From positions 22,911 to 86,910 of the forward strand of contig CAYHXX010000003.1 in the NCBI GenBank assembly GCA_964360785.1: a stretch of DNA of 64,000 nt. Reading direction: 5' to 3'. The DNA is from an uncultured Gammaproteobacteria bacterium. GTDB lineage: Bacteria > Patescibacteriota > Microgenomatia > Woykebacterales > RBG-16-39-9b. Below, in pieces: positions 12,001 to 18,110 of the stretch. The notes under the pieces were generated by a model. That model was not told the DNA's origin and did no database searches. It was given only the letters and a program-made list of their open reading frames with translations. Position numbers and translations under genes: made by a program. Every line of letters begins with the position of its first letter. Position 1 is the stretch's first letter.

Positions 12001-14425
12001 CGTCCTGCAAACTAGCAGCTCCAGTATTGTCATCAGAACAAGAAATTACGCCTGAGGCATCGGCGGTTAAGGCACCACCGGAGGAGTTTCCAGTACAGTT
12101 AAAGCTAGTGAAAGTTAAACTGCCAGTTCCTTTATCAAGAGTTAGGCCACTAACACCAGAGACTGTTCCAGTTTCGTTATTGTCGCCAAGTACCAAATTG
12201 ACATCATTTGAAACACCGTCATTATCATTGAGAGTTAGAGTTCCAGTGAGGGTACCCCCAGTTAGTGGGAGATAATTGGAAGCAGTAATTGTGTCGGGTA
12301 TGTCACCGTCCACTATTGCACTAACGGTAAATGTACCACCAGCACTGTTTTGTCTGACAAATTGATTGGCCCCACCAGTTAATGAAAGATCAGCACCCGT
12401 ACCACCACGGCTTAATCCTAGCATCCCCGTAGTATCTGAAATTGCTCGGTTAGTGATTTGGGTGATGTTGGTTAGAGTAAGGTCATCGTTTACCTGGGCA
12501 TTAGTTAGTCCAGTTCCGACAGAAGCAGCTGGGAGAGTTCCAGTCACTTCCGAAGCCAGATCAATACTACTTCCCAATAAGGTAACACTTGTTCCCAATC
12601 TAACCTGAGCTACGCCACTACCTTGATCAAAAACATCAAAATGGTTAGTTCCTGATCCGGCAGTACCAAATTCTACAGTTGTAGCGGTGGTAACCGTAGT
12701 TCCTAGGTCTGTTTCTCGAACAGTAATTCCAGAAATTCCTCCACAGGAGCCCCAAACTGGAGCAGCAGTTACTGGGCTGGCTGCTTGTAAACAAAAACCG
12801 GCAGTTGAAGACTGAGCAGTGAAAGCATAAGCAGAGCCATCACTGTAGGCTACTGTTCCCGCGGCGCCAATTGCAGTTGCATTGGTTCCACCACGTCCGA
12901 TTGCTAAGGTTCCAGTAGTATCGCTGATAGCGCGGTTAGTTATTTGGGTAATGTTAGTTAGAGTAAGGTCATCGTTTACTTGGGTATTAGTTAACCCATT
13001 GCCAACTTGAGTTGCTGCAATCGCAATTGGTGTGCTTCCAGCTGCAGTCAAACGACCCTTATTGCTAACGGTGAAAGTTGCTACTGAAGAAACGGAACCA
13101 AAGGAGCCACCAACAACCGTATCAGTTAAATTAACTGTGCCATTAGGATCAGCTCCTCCAACTACAAAATCATTTTGGAAGGCAACATTATCGGCAAAAA
13201 TTGAAGTGGTCCCGTCGGTAATTGTAATTGGGCTGCCCGCACCTGTGTCGTCTGCTCCACAGGTAACCTGGCCGGAAAGGTTGGTTTCTAGAGCGTTAGT
13301 CCCGTTACAGTTTGCTACAGTTTGTAGGGTTAAAGCACCACTTAGAACCCCTCCAGTCAAAGGTAAATAGCCAGAAACAGTGATGTTGTCGGCAATATAG
13401 GGATCGGTAAGAGCAGTTGCTTGCCAAGTTCCCGAAGTAATTGTTCCAACGGTTGTGATCGAATTTTGGCCAGAGTAGTTACTGGCAATATCGACTGTGG
13501 TACCGGAAACCGTAATGCGGTTGGCAGCACCATTGAGGTTTACGCTTTGAGCAGCGACTGAGATGACTGGATTTTGCCCAGAGGTGATTGCAACGTTGGT
13601 CCCGGCCGTCAGTGAGTAGATGACATTGCTGGCAGTTAGCTTGCCAGTGCCGGCATCGATGTCGGTATTGTTGGTGACAATCCCGCCTTCGGCAGTGAGA
13701 GCGCCAGTAATGTTTGTGGGAACAAAAACTGAGAGCAAACCATCTTTGACGCTACTGCCCAGAGTTTCGCCGGGTTGTTCACCAGTAATACTCGGTAGAC
13801 TGTCCCTGTTTACGGTCAGATGATCCTTTTTGCTATCTTTAGATACAGAGCTGCGATTTACGGTAAGTAGGTAAACGAGGCCGAGTGTTAGCACCAGAAT
13901 CTCGACTCCAACTAGGGCCAGCTTCTTGTGGCTGAGACCTTGGCTTTTGAGAAAATTAAGTAGCGAAAACCCAAAGGCCGAAACGCCATTACTACCGGTT
14001 GTTTCGAGACTTGAGGATTCGTTGCTAGTTATAGCCTTCTCAGTAGAAGGAGGGAAGTTTTGTGTCGCTGCCGCGGGAAACGAACCTGAGTTATCATCTA
14101 TTTGTATATCAGTAGTGGACGAGATGGGGATAAATGTTTCTGTTGTCTCAGTGAGTTTTGACTCTCGCACTATCGTCTGTATAGTTTTTCCAGCTTTTAT
14201 ATTTTGGTCGATCTCGACCATTTGATCGACGGCAGAAATTGGGAGTGCGCCGGCAGCAGCGAGACCGTTGAAAGATTTGCGAGAAGCTTTGGGGAGAAGA
14301 CCGATTTTGATGTAGTAGCGTAGGCGGTTGTAGGGGTCACCTTTACCAAAATCGACGCCTTTTAGCTTTGCTAGGCGTATGACTTCGTCAAACGATATGA
14401 GATTTTGAGTAGCGTTGTTGCTCAT
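1..14425 (-). CDS. Giant (>4800 aa, runs off left edge) membrane-anchored fibre/adhesin-like protein with N-terminal MerR-like HTH
   Basis: ATG at 14425 reads MSNNATQNLISFDEVIRLAKLKGVDFGKGDPYNRLRYYIKIGLLPKASRKSF; TM segment KKLALVGVEILVLTLGLVYLL at ~13860-13927. Same frame confirmed by hand at 12307, 9910, 6493, 3151 and 382. The ORF track lists no stop-terminated minus ORF in this frame, consistent with an open frame to the edge. T/S/G/N-rich repeats. Confidence 0.9.
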   Translation of the reverse strand, partial: MSNNATQNLISFDEVIRLAKLKGVDFGKGDPYNRLRYYIKIGLLPKASRKSFNGLAAAGALPISAVDQMVEIDQNIKAGKTIQTIVRESKLTETTETFIPISSTTDIQIDDNSGSFPAAATQNFPPSTEKAITSNESSSLETTGSNGVSAFGFSLLNFLKSQGLSHKKLALVGVEILVLTLGLVYLLTVNRSSVSKDSKKDHLTVNRDSLPSITGEQPGETLGSSVKDGLLSVFVPTNITGALTAEGGIVTNNTDIDAGTGKLTASNVIYSLTAGTNVAITSGQNPVISVAAQSVNLNGAANRITVSGTTVDIASNYSGQNSITTVGTITSGTWQATALTDPYIADNITVSGYLPLTGGVLSGALTLQTVANCNGTNALETNLSGQVTCGADDTGAGSPITITDGTTSIFADNVAFQNDFVVGGADPNGTVNLTDTVVGGSFGSVSSVATFTVSNKGRLTAAGSTPIAIAATQVGNGLTNTQVNDDLTLTNITQITNRAISDTTGTLAIGRGGTNATAIGAAGTVAYSDGSAYAFTAQSSTAGFCLQAASPVTAAPVWGSCGGISGITVRETDLGTTVTTATTVEFGTAGSGTNHFDVFDQGSGVAQVRLGTSVTLLGSSIDLASEVTGTLPAASVGTGLTNAQVNDDLTLTNITQITNRAISDTTGMLGLSRGGTGADLSLTGGANQFVRQNSAGGTFTVSAIVDGDIPDTITASNYLPLTGGTLTGTLTLNDNDGVSNDVNLVLGDNNETGTVSGVSGLTLDKGTGSLTFTSFNCTGNSSGGALTADASGVISCSDDNTGAASLQDAYTGGPTISLLTATGNFKVNLGDAIGNNTTIDANVALAYTDGILFTTTVGTITDAIDVSAAGIVNAINIGANDILSNSVSISSAELNVLDGGIDESEVTGEIESVAAGLGLTGGGLAGAVTLSFDVSAALSGDHALSANEAKFGQSGLIFEGSAVGDLIETYISITNPTTTDKTITFPDASGTIILSGHSFTGDSTISLDSDGSTIFTIAADAVALGTDTIGNYVSSATTNGGLTLTGTEGASLGILIQTNAVDGTTGAGSVSGLSLTSDGLSLYRGCAAGGILEWDNTNFEWDCGTDNTGAGAASVSLRTTPTVGSLSILDFNDDVFDVTEPVGNTANVTFRLATAGTTAGASFSGLEKFTNGTTGGLSLLACSNGQILKKVTGNWTCSTDAGGGGGGSGQNLNDTYQLGNNIDITNTYGNLLFNLTDATNDNNVVVDNNTTGDVATALLFTTSGTGATIGTAIDISDAAIVNAINLGANNIVASGSLTIDFSGATTDSTLTLQNSSDDTTNDRIAAFKIDTEADALDKKLLIIESGVGGADNEKASIDSDGDLTLDGILTLAGGATSDIISSGTANLTISAAGTGNIRFLTDADTSVILPAAGFTTCTSLETVANVLTCGSDDVGTSSLQSEYVAGNTISLINTEGNLTINLGDNAGNNTTIDANVALAYTDGILFTTSVGTITDAIDASAAGIVNAINIGANDILSNSVSISSAELNVLDGGVTESEVSGVITDVTAGLGLTGGGASGNVTLAFEVSTALSGDPALGINGAKFGQSGLIFEGATDDLIETFIAVTEPAGTDNTITIPNASGTIILSGHTFSSDVTATLGSGGTTALTIAADSVTLTTDTTGNYVSSATANGGLTMTGTEGASLGILLATAGSDSTANFSGLTLDPAGGGNGLRLLNCSDTQILKKATGNWTCSADNDTTGGGESLQATYVIGPTIDVTTGEGNLAITLTSADFTVTTPTGGTNFTTLARADGAGAADPAQLLLINNADTNRDLPIGLKISQAAGTAVITTAIDLSDANINTAIAAGANDLSGTNWSITGSSGAASFVGVNSGAGLLQGTGGLTVTGTTSINASGSTATNIGTGTNAGTITIGNSSTGDLALNDAQWSVTGAGVATFANITCNSASCISTGEITDATITGDDIASSIAGNGLVLTAASPDTLDVGAGNGISVAADSVAVNQAYDFTWTGLHSWTSTLTNTAVIQDVNLTLGADGDIDSVIGINVDVTSAATGVADFIYGLNLSNVTTPDATVNERAIRIGTGWDAGIEFEGATNDLIEILITASDPTVSSKTFNLPNVASGDICISTVACNATTLGGATFAAPGSIGSTTPGSGAFTTLTSSGNTTLATGAGTTNSFGSGSSSINTIGSVTTPGALTLHGATTLDNTFSQTGANTFGTGTGAVSLNGDTAVASGKTLTLTGLGSGLVKATTGLLGLATAGVDYENPLTFTNGVSRSTNTVSLDLTYSPTWTGTHTFSPSGTGDTIFNGDDDSNIQVNSTVGADVSVNPVSITVTDNAAASTGTIYGFNLTNADNGANVGVIDALLRLNNANAAETTPRGLYIEQSGAGTLTSAIELAETAGTITDGITITGTLGNILNSGSIDITGAGAITGATGVSSSGTIAFSGLSTNGVVFTSGGTGTLNSEQYLATSRGGLGGDVTAAGAGEIVYSTGTTTYDNLASGALGRCLKANGAAAPSWETCPGGSTASPFIAQGAGAAKTIVKDTCCTDYKIDFTATEVDDYALKLNTSIADQSVDLFQVTNAGGFGTSVDTVNLASLNFTTTANVADTTNAALKIDVTSGTGGISDNLYGINIGTLSTPGSGKESAINVAGGWDNRVEFSSQIATGKVGLNFTATNLTGTAIDISGGASLTSLTSGTGLKISPSSLSTGHAIYINGSVNGTLTAMTGNIVEISPTRTLSGGAAAIDDTANYLNITRTNINSGGLGFTTSGATAKIANVFTNTSGGVTVTGDVLNLSSNCTGTCTYTGSTANILELNQQDANASGAVLNILNSGTGADISLDNGETIDNATDGTVQVTTARFRVDDPGATSYLLIRNDLSTAFDIETSGVELYIQDIAANTYFSPNSTGLVGIGTAGPGKRLDINSATGAALRLTYNDADGSAANYTDFDVSSSGNLTIAPSGTVISVDFPSGGEFQVDGNLRLTAASDRKIVNAFDNIIFEADSDNNGSGNLFTFQGNGTTAYLTIENTGYVDIAGHGAFGGNASVSTDQIVAVGETFSGIGTATYEGIYSATTIGPSGVQTGAITGRGLQALAQTSGANIGSGGFNVNLLALRGEVLHATTGTVNEAHGIRSLVRNTGGGTITSAFGLDVLSTENSGVGSTVTNNYGIYIQDQTAGATKNIELAFGGTSPTIEMAGTLTFQDNGTPNTLFSIVDSGTYGTIRLTDKGGTGDPATCTVGDVYFNDTDNQYKGCVTTNVWSSFTDNSGAGLTLQDVYNNDDNDASADILLTATDGSIVIQNPVATPSTSAFNLKVEQLATGVTTDLVKNLSVSSAGSFNTTSAPLTNYAGYLSNTSTESAGTNTLTNVGLGVNVSGADANYGIDIAGTLTSSIRFGGTATADITTTSNRDFIVLPNGTGDTVVFTDSGSQLYFDLSKTVGLYNSAVNTLRTDSKSIINFNPTADSGTVSLATIQGTTPAHSSGTNIINFLFIDPTNGNPTAGTNTLNGINIDSITGDAQQTENALNIESGWDTGLSIPSISGGTLGINTTIANSTVANTTAVRANIGTPTSNGQTGFEGIFSGVGAGNVSGLKLTATSGTYNGGSITAIDVSNITDTGTGSTAINIGSGWDTGIVIGGTVGVNFSGVTTDITTGTNENLTISPNGSGNVYFVVDSDTGIQIGTTAAVAPGEDLFNVANTFAGSGVTNDGIDGISVDFVTSGTVDRTNNALNIAVTSGGSDATDIVNGINLSLSGTSGTETAINIGAGWDNGISLGANKILGTTATIDFDNFDVAATGNITVQSGLGIDSNVGGGTLRVGTTTAGVVLVGNTTGGNEIAIGNAGGGGAGQITIGNTTSTTIDIWATGGLEVRADSEFILASNRNVALTAQNPSNVDMLAISNSGQASTLSGIDGIALTFGSSNASGDGIHIIPSYTSPSGADLLTYNVIEVDAFSPTNTAGTDTVNGLKFGNLTDPGATITSSAIKIGTGWDSQISGNGVNLDGSGNLLAVNANTATTGTTTGTGTDTTTLTLTTDPFNVNDVVLIDNTAGQDYYTRITVDPGTGSYTVSPAITFENTKTVTKYTTQNIGATSTDYSTTANRYYQGYFLGGIVAGAASTIYSDGRIDMPSGSDTTLNIGNSGAGVTNLVVDGTISGSGPAAGTSGYWSRGGSCVSSTALCTATSGDAVQINNLTSTRTTGELDIDTSSATAGHSGINLAYTATGAASGTQVGFDLTFTNNDVAQAAEVYYAQRITNANDAGANFTNALLNLDQADNTAGGITSGILFTDTGTGTFDFGIDFTQASAFDSAAIALGSHNIIGNNIDIDGGLATSGSQTQVSLSGTIPLLAAAQTFQGIYLNYTNSNNHTGGTINGLDLAISAADPDATETAINIGTGWDTGVSISSVPIGSTGITISLANVAIGQTENRGISVTTGTAASAGSNVDAYLATVPDSAALGSASVNGFRFADITTGPGGGNVNAIKIGSIGTPGTGNETAINIGSGWDTGINIATADAATGINITIADDSSVTNDIRKGVSVSTGTVTGTGVGRKYAYYASIPDVAIVSPGAGTINGFFLDNIGTGPSAGTVNAIQIGNITTPGAGTETGINIGTGWDNSINSAGTLGLASSLTTGTTVSIGSGVSRNITNDLTGLSIDLNTNYTWSAGNRFGLNIANVTSGGTGETAINIGTGWDREINFASTTPKIDMADGGTLAFRDGTNTLVSIVDSGTYGRVKIAAATGADPTCTAGEIYFNSTGPVFKGCVSTNTWQTFADTNGPVTLGPGIADSWGTANRGIWLDETGGSSPDLF
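351..8205 (-). repeat. Dispersed coding repeat E-x-A-I-N-I-G-x-G-W-D, about 10 copies
   Basis: Plus-strand tccca(a/g)cc...ccgatgttgatggc-like copies near 351, 585, 916, 1237, 2457, 3120, 3533, 3831, 6461 and 8176. Confidence 0.8.
9369..11925 (-). repeat. Internal duplication of ~655 bp in the giant gene (9369-10025 and 11265-11925)
   Basis: Colinear blocks, e.g. ttccaagagaagcccctt ... taatggcgttaacaat ... aagaatcccatc ... gagggctac.ttggcgtcgat in both copies. Confidence 0.85.
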
Positions 14426-14660
14426 TGGGCAGGGTAGAACTATTCATCAATCGATTTTAAGGTAGTCAGTAGGTTCGAACAGTCTACCGACTTGAAATCC
14501 TGTCAATAGGGTATTTTGGGTAAAAGACCCACTCCAGCGCGGGAAAATCCTTTGCTGTGACGGGAAATCGTACTTAGATTATTTCACAATCCGAAAAAAA
14601 ATGTCAAGGCCCGATCTCTTTAATATATATACAGAAAAATTTCCGTGGTAAGATTTTATT

Positions 14661-15455
14661 ATGAAATCTGCCATAAGAGCGTTCAGCTCAATACTGCTAT
14701 CTGCTCTACTGCTTTCTGCTAGCGCAACCTTTGCCTTTTCCCAAGGTATTAATCAAGTGGCTTACAATGTGGTTGTTGCAGAATCAGATGCAGAGACTGG
14801 GAGTATAGTCTCATTCAAAAATGGTCAATACGAACTCAGCAAAGCGGAATATGATACAGGAGTATATGGAGTTATATACTCTGATGCACAAGTCGCCCTC
14901 GGAAAGATTACTGTTGCAACCAAGCCGGTTGTAGTAAATGGAGAAGCTTTAGTAAAAGTTGCTACTAGTAACGGTGAGATAAAAGCAGGGGACTTGGTAA
15001 CTACCTCAAAAGATAAAGGAATAGGTCAGAAAGCAACAAAATCCGGACATGTACTGGGTAAGGCACTGAAAGATTTTCCAAACTCAGAAGCTTCGGGAAA
15101 TAATGGAGTGGTTCCGGTATTAATAAATGTTAGTTACAACCAAATCTCTTCTAGCTCAGAAGCTTTAACTGATCAGGGTCTCGATCAGGTGGCCAAGAAA
15201 GTTTCTAGCTCAATAGTTTCCGGAAACATTCCCAATCTTCTTAAGTACATATTTGCTCTGTTGCTGGGAGCTATAAGCTTCTTTGTCGGCTTATCACACT
15301 TTGTCCGTAGCAACCGAACGGCAGTGGAAGCAATCGCCAGAAACCCTTTGGCAAAAGCTGACATTCAGCGGCAACTATTTTTTGGAACTGCTGGAATACT
15401 TGTAGTGTGTGGTATTGGGTTAGCAATATCAGTGTGGATATTACTATTCTTGTAG
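14661..15455 (+). CDS. AtpE(c)-like hairpin fused to an exported fibre-type C-terminal-like domain; no ion-binding Asp/Glu
   Basis: Signal peptide; domain ...GEALVKVATSNGEIKAGDLVTTSKDKGIGQKATKSGHVLGKAL...; C-terminal TM-(VEAIARNP)-TM resembling the c-subunit RQP loop; first gene of the atp cluster. Confidence 0.75.
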   Translation: MKSAIRAFSSILLSALLLSASATFAFSQGINQVAYNVVVAESDAETGSIVSFKNGQYELSKAEYDTGVYGVIYSDAQVALGKITVATKPVVVNGEALVKVATSNGEIKAGDLVTTSKDKGIGQKATKSGHVLGKALKDFPNSEASGNNGVVPVLINVSYNQISSSSEALTDQGLDQVAKKVSSSIVSGNIPNLLKYIFALLLGAISFFVGLSHFVRSNRTAVEAIARNPLAKADIQRQLFFGTAGILVVCGIGLAISVWILLFL

Positions 15456-15457
15456 GG

Positions 15458-15478
15458 TGACAAGGTCCGTCCTTGTCA
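15458..15478. repeat. REP-like palindrome
   Basis: TGACAAGG-TCCGT-CCTTGTCA, between the c-like and b-like genes. Confidence 0.8.
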
Positions 15479-15491
15479 AAGGTAAGAATTT

Positions 15492-16094
15492 ATGAATCTA
15501 GCAATCTATCTGTCGGTAATATTAAATCTAGTCACACTTGGTCTGGTGGCCTATCTTTTGCAAAAATCACGCCAGAGTGGAAGTAGTCTTGGGCAAAATC
15601 TTCCCCAAACACAAAACCTAAAAGAGCAGGCAGCGACGATACAAAACTTGGAAAACCAGTTTAAGCAGGTGCTACAAGAACTAATATTAAAGAATAAAGA
15701 AGTGATTCAAAGTACATCAGATAACCTGGTCAAATACTACCAAGATACAGTCACTACCATGACACTCAACTACAACCAAAATACAGAGAAGCTGATGCAA
15801 CTACTCGATCAGGAACTAAAAGTACGTGTGGAGAAACTCGACCAAACCACTATCAGACATATAGAGGAATCTCGAAAGGAAGTTAATGACCAAGTAAAGA
15901 AAGATCTTGAAGGGCTGAATAAGCAACTAGACAAGTACTCAAAGGAAAGGTTCAAACAACTGGACGAAAAGATCTACGAGATTGTTTCCGAGACTGCTAA
16001 AAATTCTGTTGGTAAAGTAATTAACCTAGTCGACCATCAAGAGCTCGTAATGTCGGCACTTGAGCAAGCCAAAAAGGACAAATTCTTTTCATGA
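15492..16094 (+). CDS. atpF: F-type ATPase subunit b-like
   Basis: Single N-terminal TM, long coiled coil, b-like C-terminus (IVSETAKNSVGKVINLVDHQELVMSALE); lies before delta. Confidence 0.7.
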   Translation: MNLAIYLSVILNLVTLGLVAYLLQKSRQSGSSLGQNLPQTQNLKEQAATIQNLENQFKQVLQELILKNKEVIQSTSDNLVKYYQDTVTTMTLNYNQNTEKLMQLLDQELKVRVEKLDQTTIRHIEESRKEVNDQVKKDLEGLNKQLDKYSKERFKQLDEKIYEIVSETAKNSVGKVINLVDHQELVMSALEQAKKDKFFS

Positions 16095-16618
16095 AACCTG
16101 AATTTTCGATCTTTGCTACTGGGATTACGGATACAAAAGTTCTCTATCGTTTGGTCGATAAACTAAACGCGATTAACAAAGAACTTTATCACAACCAGGA
16201 AGGCAGCATTGCGCAGAAAGCCAAGAGCATCAGCCCGTCACTGATCGCGGTTTTTAACTATTTAGAACAAAAAGGTTTGGAGCCATCAGGGGATGAAGCA
16301 CAAAAAGCGTATATCGCAGAAATTATCAGTTATCTCAAGAGTTTGCTAGTTGTGAGAATTACAATGGCTTTTGAACCTGACGATACCTTTAGCACTAAGA
16401 TCAACGAAGTGATAAGTAGCCTTGCTGGGCGTAAAATTGTGCTGGATATTGCAGTCAACCACCACATTGTTGCCGGCATTACTCTCGAGTACAACGGTAA
16501 GTTCTCTGATTATAGCTATGAGGCTAGAACTGATACCTTTTTGAAGGAAAGACTCGGAGGTTTTTTCGCGGTAGCTTCAAATGAAGTTAGAAATCAACCA
16601 GAGCAGTTAGTAAACTAA
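16091..16618 (+). CDS. atpH: F1 subunit delta (OSCP)-like
   Basis: C-terminal KIVLDIAVNHHIVAGITLEYNGKFSDYS resembles the OSCP VDPxIxGGxxIxxG motif; ATGA overlap with the b gene; precedes alpha. Confidence 0.75.
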   Translation: MKPEFSIFATGITDTKVLYRLVDKLNAINKELYHNQEGSIAQKAKSISPSLIAVFNYLEQKGLEPSGDEAQKAYIAEIISYLKSLLVVRITMAFEPDDTFSTKINEVISSLAGRKIVLDIAVNHHIVAGITLEYNGKFSDYSYEARTDTFLKERLGGFFAVASNEVRNQPEQLVN

Positions 16619-16619
16619 A

Positions 16620-18107
16620 ATGCAGAAATTTGAAGAGTATCTTAAACAAATAGGTGAGGTTGGCTATGTCGAGTCGATCATTCACTCGATTTTCTATGTC
16701 AACGGCTTGCCTGGAGCCAAACTGCACGAACTGATTCTTTCAGAAAACGGCCATATTGGCATTGTCCAAGGTGTTCTGCCAGATCTGGTCGAGGTTATGC
16801 TGCTTCAAGGGGAGAATCTTGGCCACAACGTCCGGGTAGTTCGTACCAATGAGACTTTTGAGATGCCAGTAACCGATCGTTACCTAGGTAGGGTTATCAG
16901 TCCTTTTGGTCAAGCGCTAGATGAGCACGGACCAATCGGGGAAATAAAGACAAAATACCCAATCGACCCCAGAGCTCCCGGCATTAATGCCCGCAGCCGG
17001 GTCAAAGAGCCGATGGAGACAGGGGTTATCTCAGTCGATATGCAGGTGCCAATTGGGAAAGGGCAACGTGAAATGATCATGGGAGACCAGAAAACTGGTA
17101 AAACCACCTTCGCCTTGCAGGTTATCGGTAACCAAGTGACAAGTGGAGCCATTTGTATTTATGTTTCGATTGGGAAAAAGAAATCTGATTTGAAATTTGT
17201 GGTGAAAACTTTGGCCGATCTCGGCGCTCTCAAGAGCACTGTAGTCGTCGCTGCTTCTGCTTCTGACCCTGCCCCTCTGATTTATCTTGCGCCTTTTAGT
17301 GGGCTGTCGATTGCCGAGTATTTCCGAGATTTGGGTCGGGAAGTAGTGGTAGTTTTTGATGATCTCACTACCCACTCAAAGTTTTACCGGGAAACTTCTT
17401 TGATCACTCGCCGAACCCCAGGTCGGCAAAGCTATCCGGGAGACATTTTTCACCTCCACGCACGGATGGTCGAGAGAGCTGGGAATTTTAAGATGCAAAA
17501 TGGGAAAACTGTTCCCATCACTTTACTTCCGATCGCCGAGACTCTCGAAGGTGACTTGGCCGGGTATATCCAAACCAACCTAATGGCGATGACAGACGGT
17601 CACGTATTTTTTGATGTGGCTGAGGCTAAGAAAGGCCGGCACCCAGCAGTATCTTTCACCCTGTCCGTATCTCGGGTTGGAAACCAAACTAAAACTGCTC
17701 TTGAAAGAGAATTGTCAAAACTAATAACTGAGAAACTTTCTGCTTATCGAAAAGCCGAAGAGGTTAGTCGTTTTGGAGTTGAGCTGACTACCCAAACTTT
17801 GCAGGCATTGGATTCCGGTGAGAAACTTATTGCCCTTTTTGATCAGGAAAGCCAGATTATCACCCCAAAAGGATTGCAACTTGTATATCTAGGTTTGTTT
17901 TTCGGAGGAGCCTGGGACAAGAAAAGCGCCAAAGAAGTGCGGGTGGAGAAAATTAGAATTCTCGGTGAATACCTGCAAGGTAAGTACTCAAACCTGCCCG
18001 TCGAAGCAAAGTTAGCTAGTTCGGTTAAAGAGTTGGTAACGCTTGTAATGAGGTATTTTAAGCTGGGAGTTACTGTCCAGAAAGAAACAGAGGGTGTTGC
18101 TAAATAA
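16620..18107 (+). CDS. atpA: F1 ATPase subunit alpha
   Basis: PIGKGQRE, Walker A GDQKTGKT, YLAPF, DDLT, PGRQSYPGDIFHLHAR, TDG, arginine finger SVSRVG. Confidence 0.95.
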   Translation: MQKFEEYLKQIGEVGYVESIIHSIFYVNGLPGAKLHELILSENGHIGIVQGVLPDLVEVMLLQGENLGHNVRVVRTNETFEMPVTDRYLGRVISPFGQALDEHGPIGEIKTKYPIDPRAPGINARSRVKEPMETGVISVDMQVPIGKGQREMIMGDQKTGKTTFALQVIGNQVTSGAICIYVSIGKKKSDLKFVVKTLADLGALKSTVVVAASASDPAPLIYLAPFSGLSIAEYFRDLGREVVVVFDDLTTHSKFYRETSLITRRTPGRQSYPGDIFHLHARMVERAGNFKMQNGKTVPITLLPIAETLEGDLAGYIQTNLMAMTDGHVFFDVAEAKKGRHPAVSFTLSVSRVGNQTKTALERELSKLITEKLSAYRKAEEVSRFGVELTTQTLQALDSGEKLIALFDQESQIITPKGLQLVYLGLFFGGAWDKKSAKEVRVEKIRILGEYLQGKYSNLPVEAKLASSVKELVTLVMRYFKLGVTVQKETEGVAK

Positions 18108-18110
18108 TTT

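Noticed and set aside
267-14225. Dozens of plus-strand ORFs of 60-250 aa (similar ones at 34810-41848 and 52761-57843)
   Set aside because: Antisense shadows of the long minus-strand genes; V/P/L-rich with no motifs.
14464-14492. GGTTCGAAC resembling a tRNA T-loop
   Set aside because: No proper T-stem, cloverleaf or acceptor stem.
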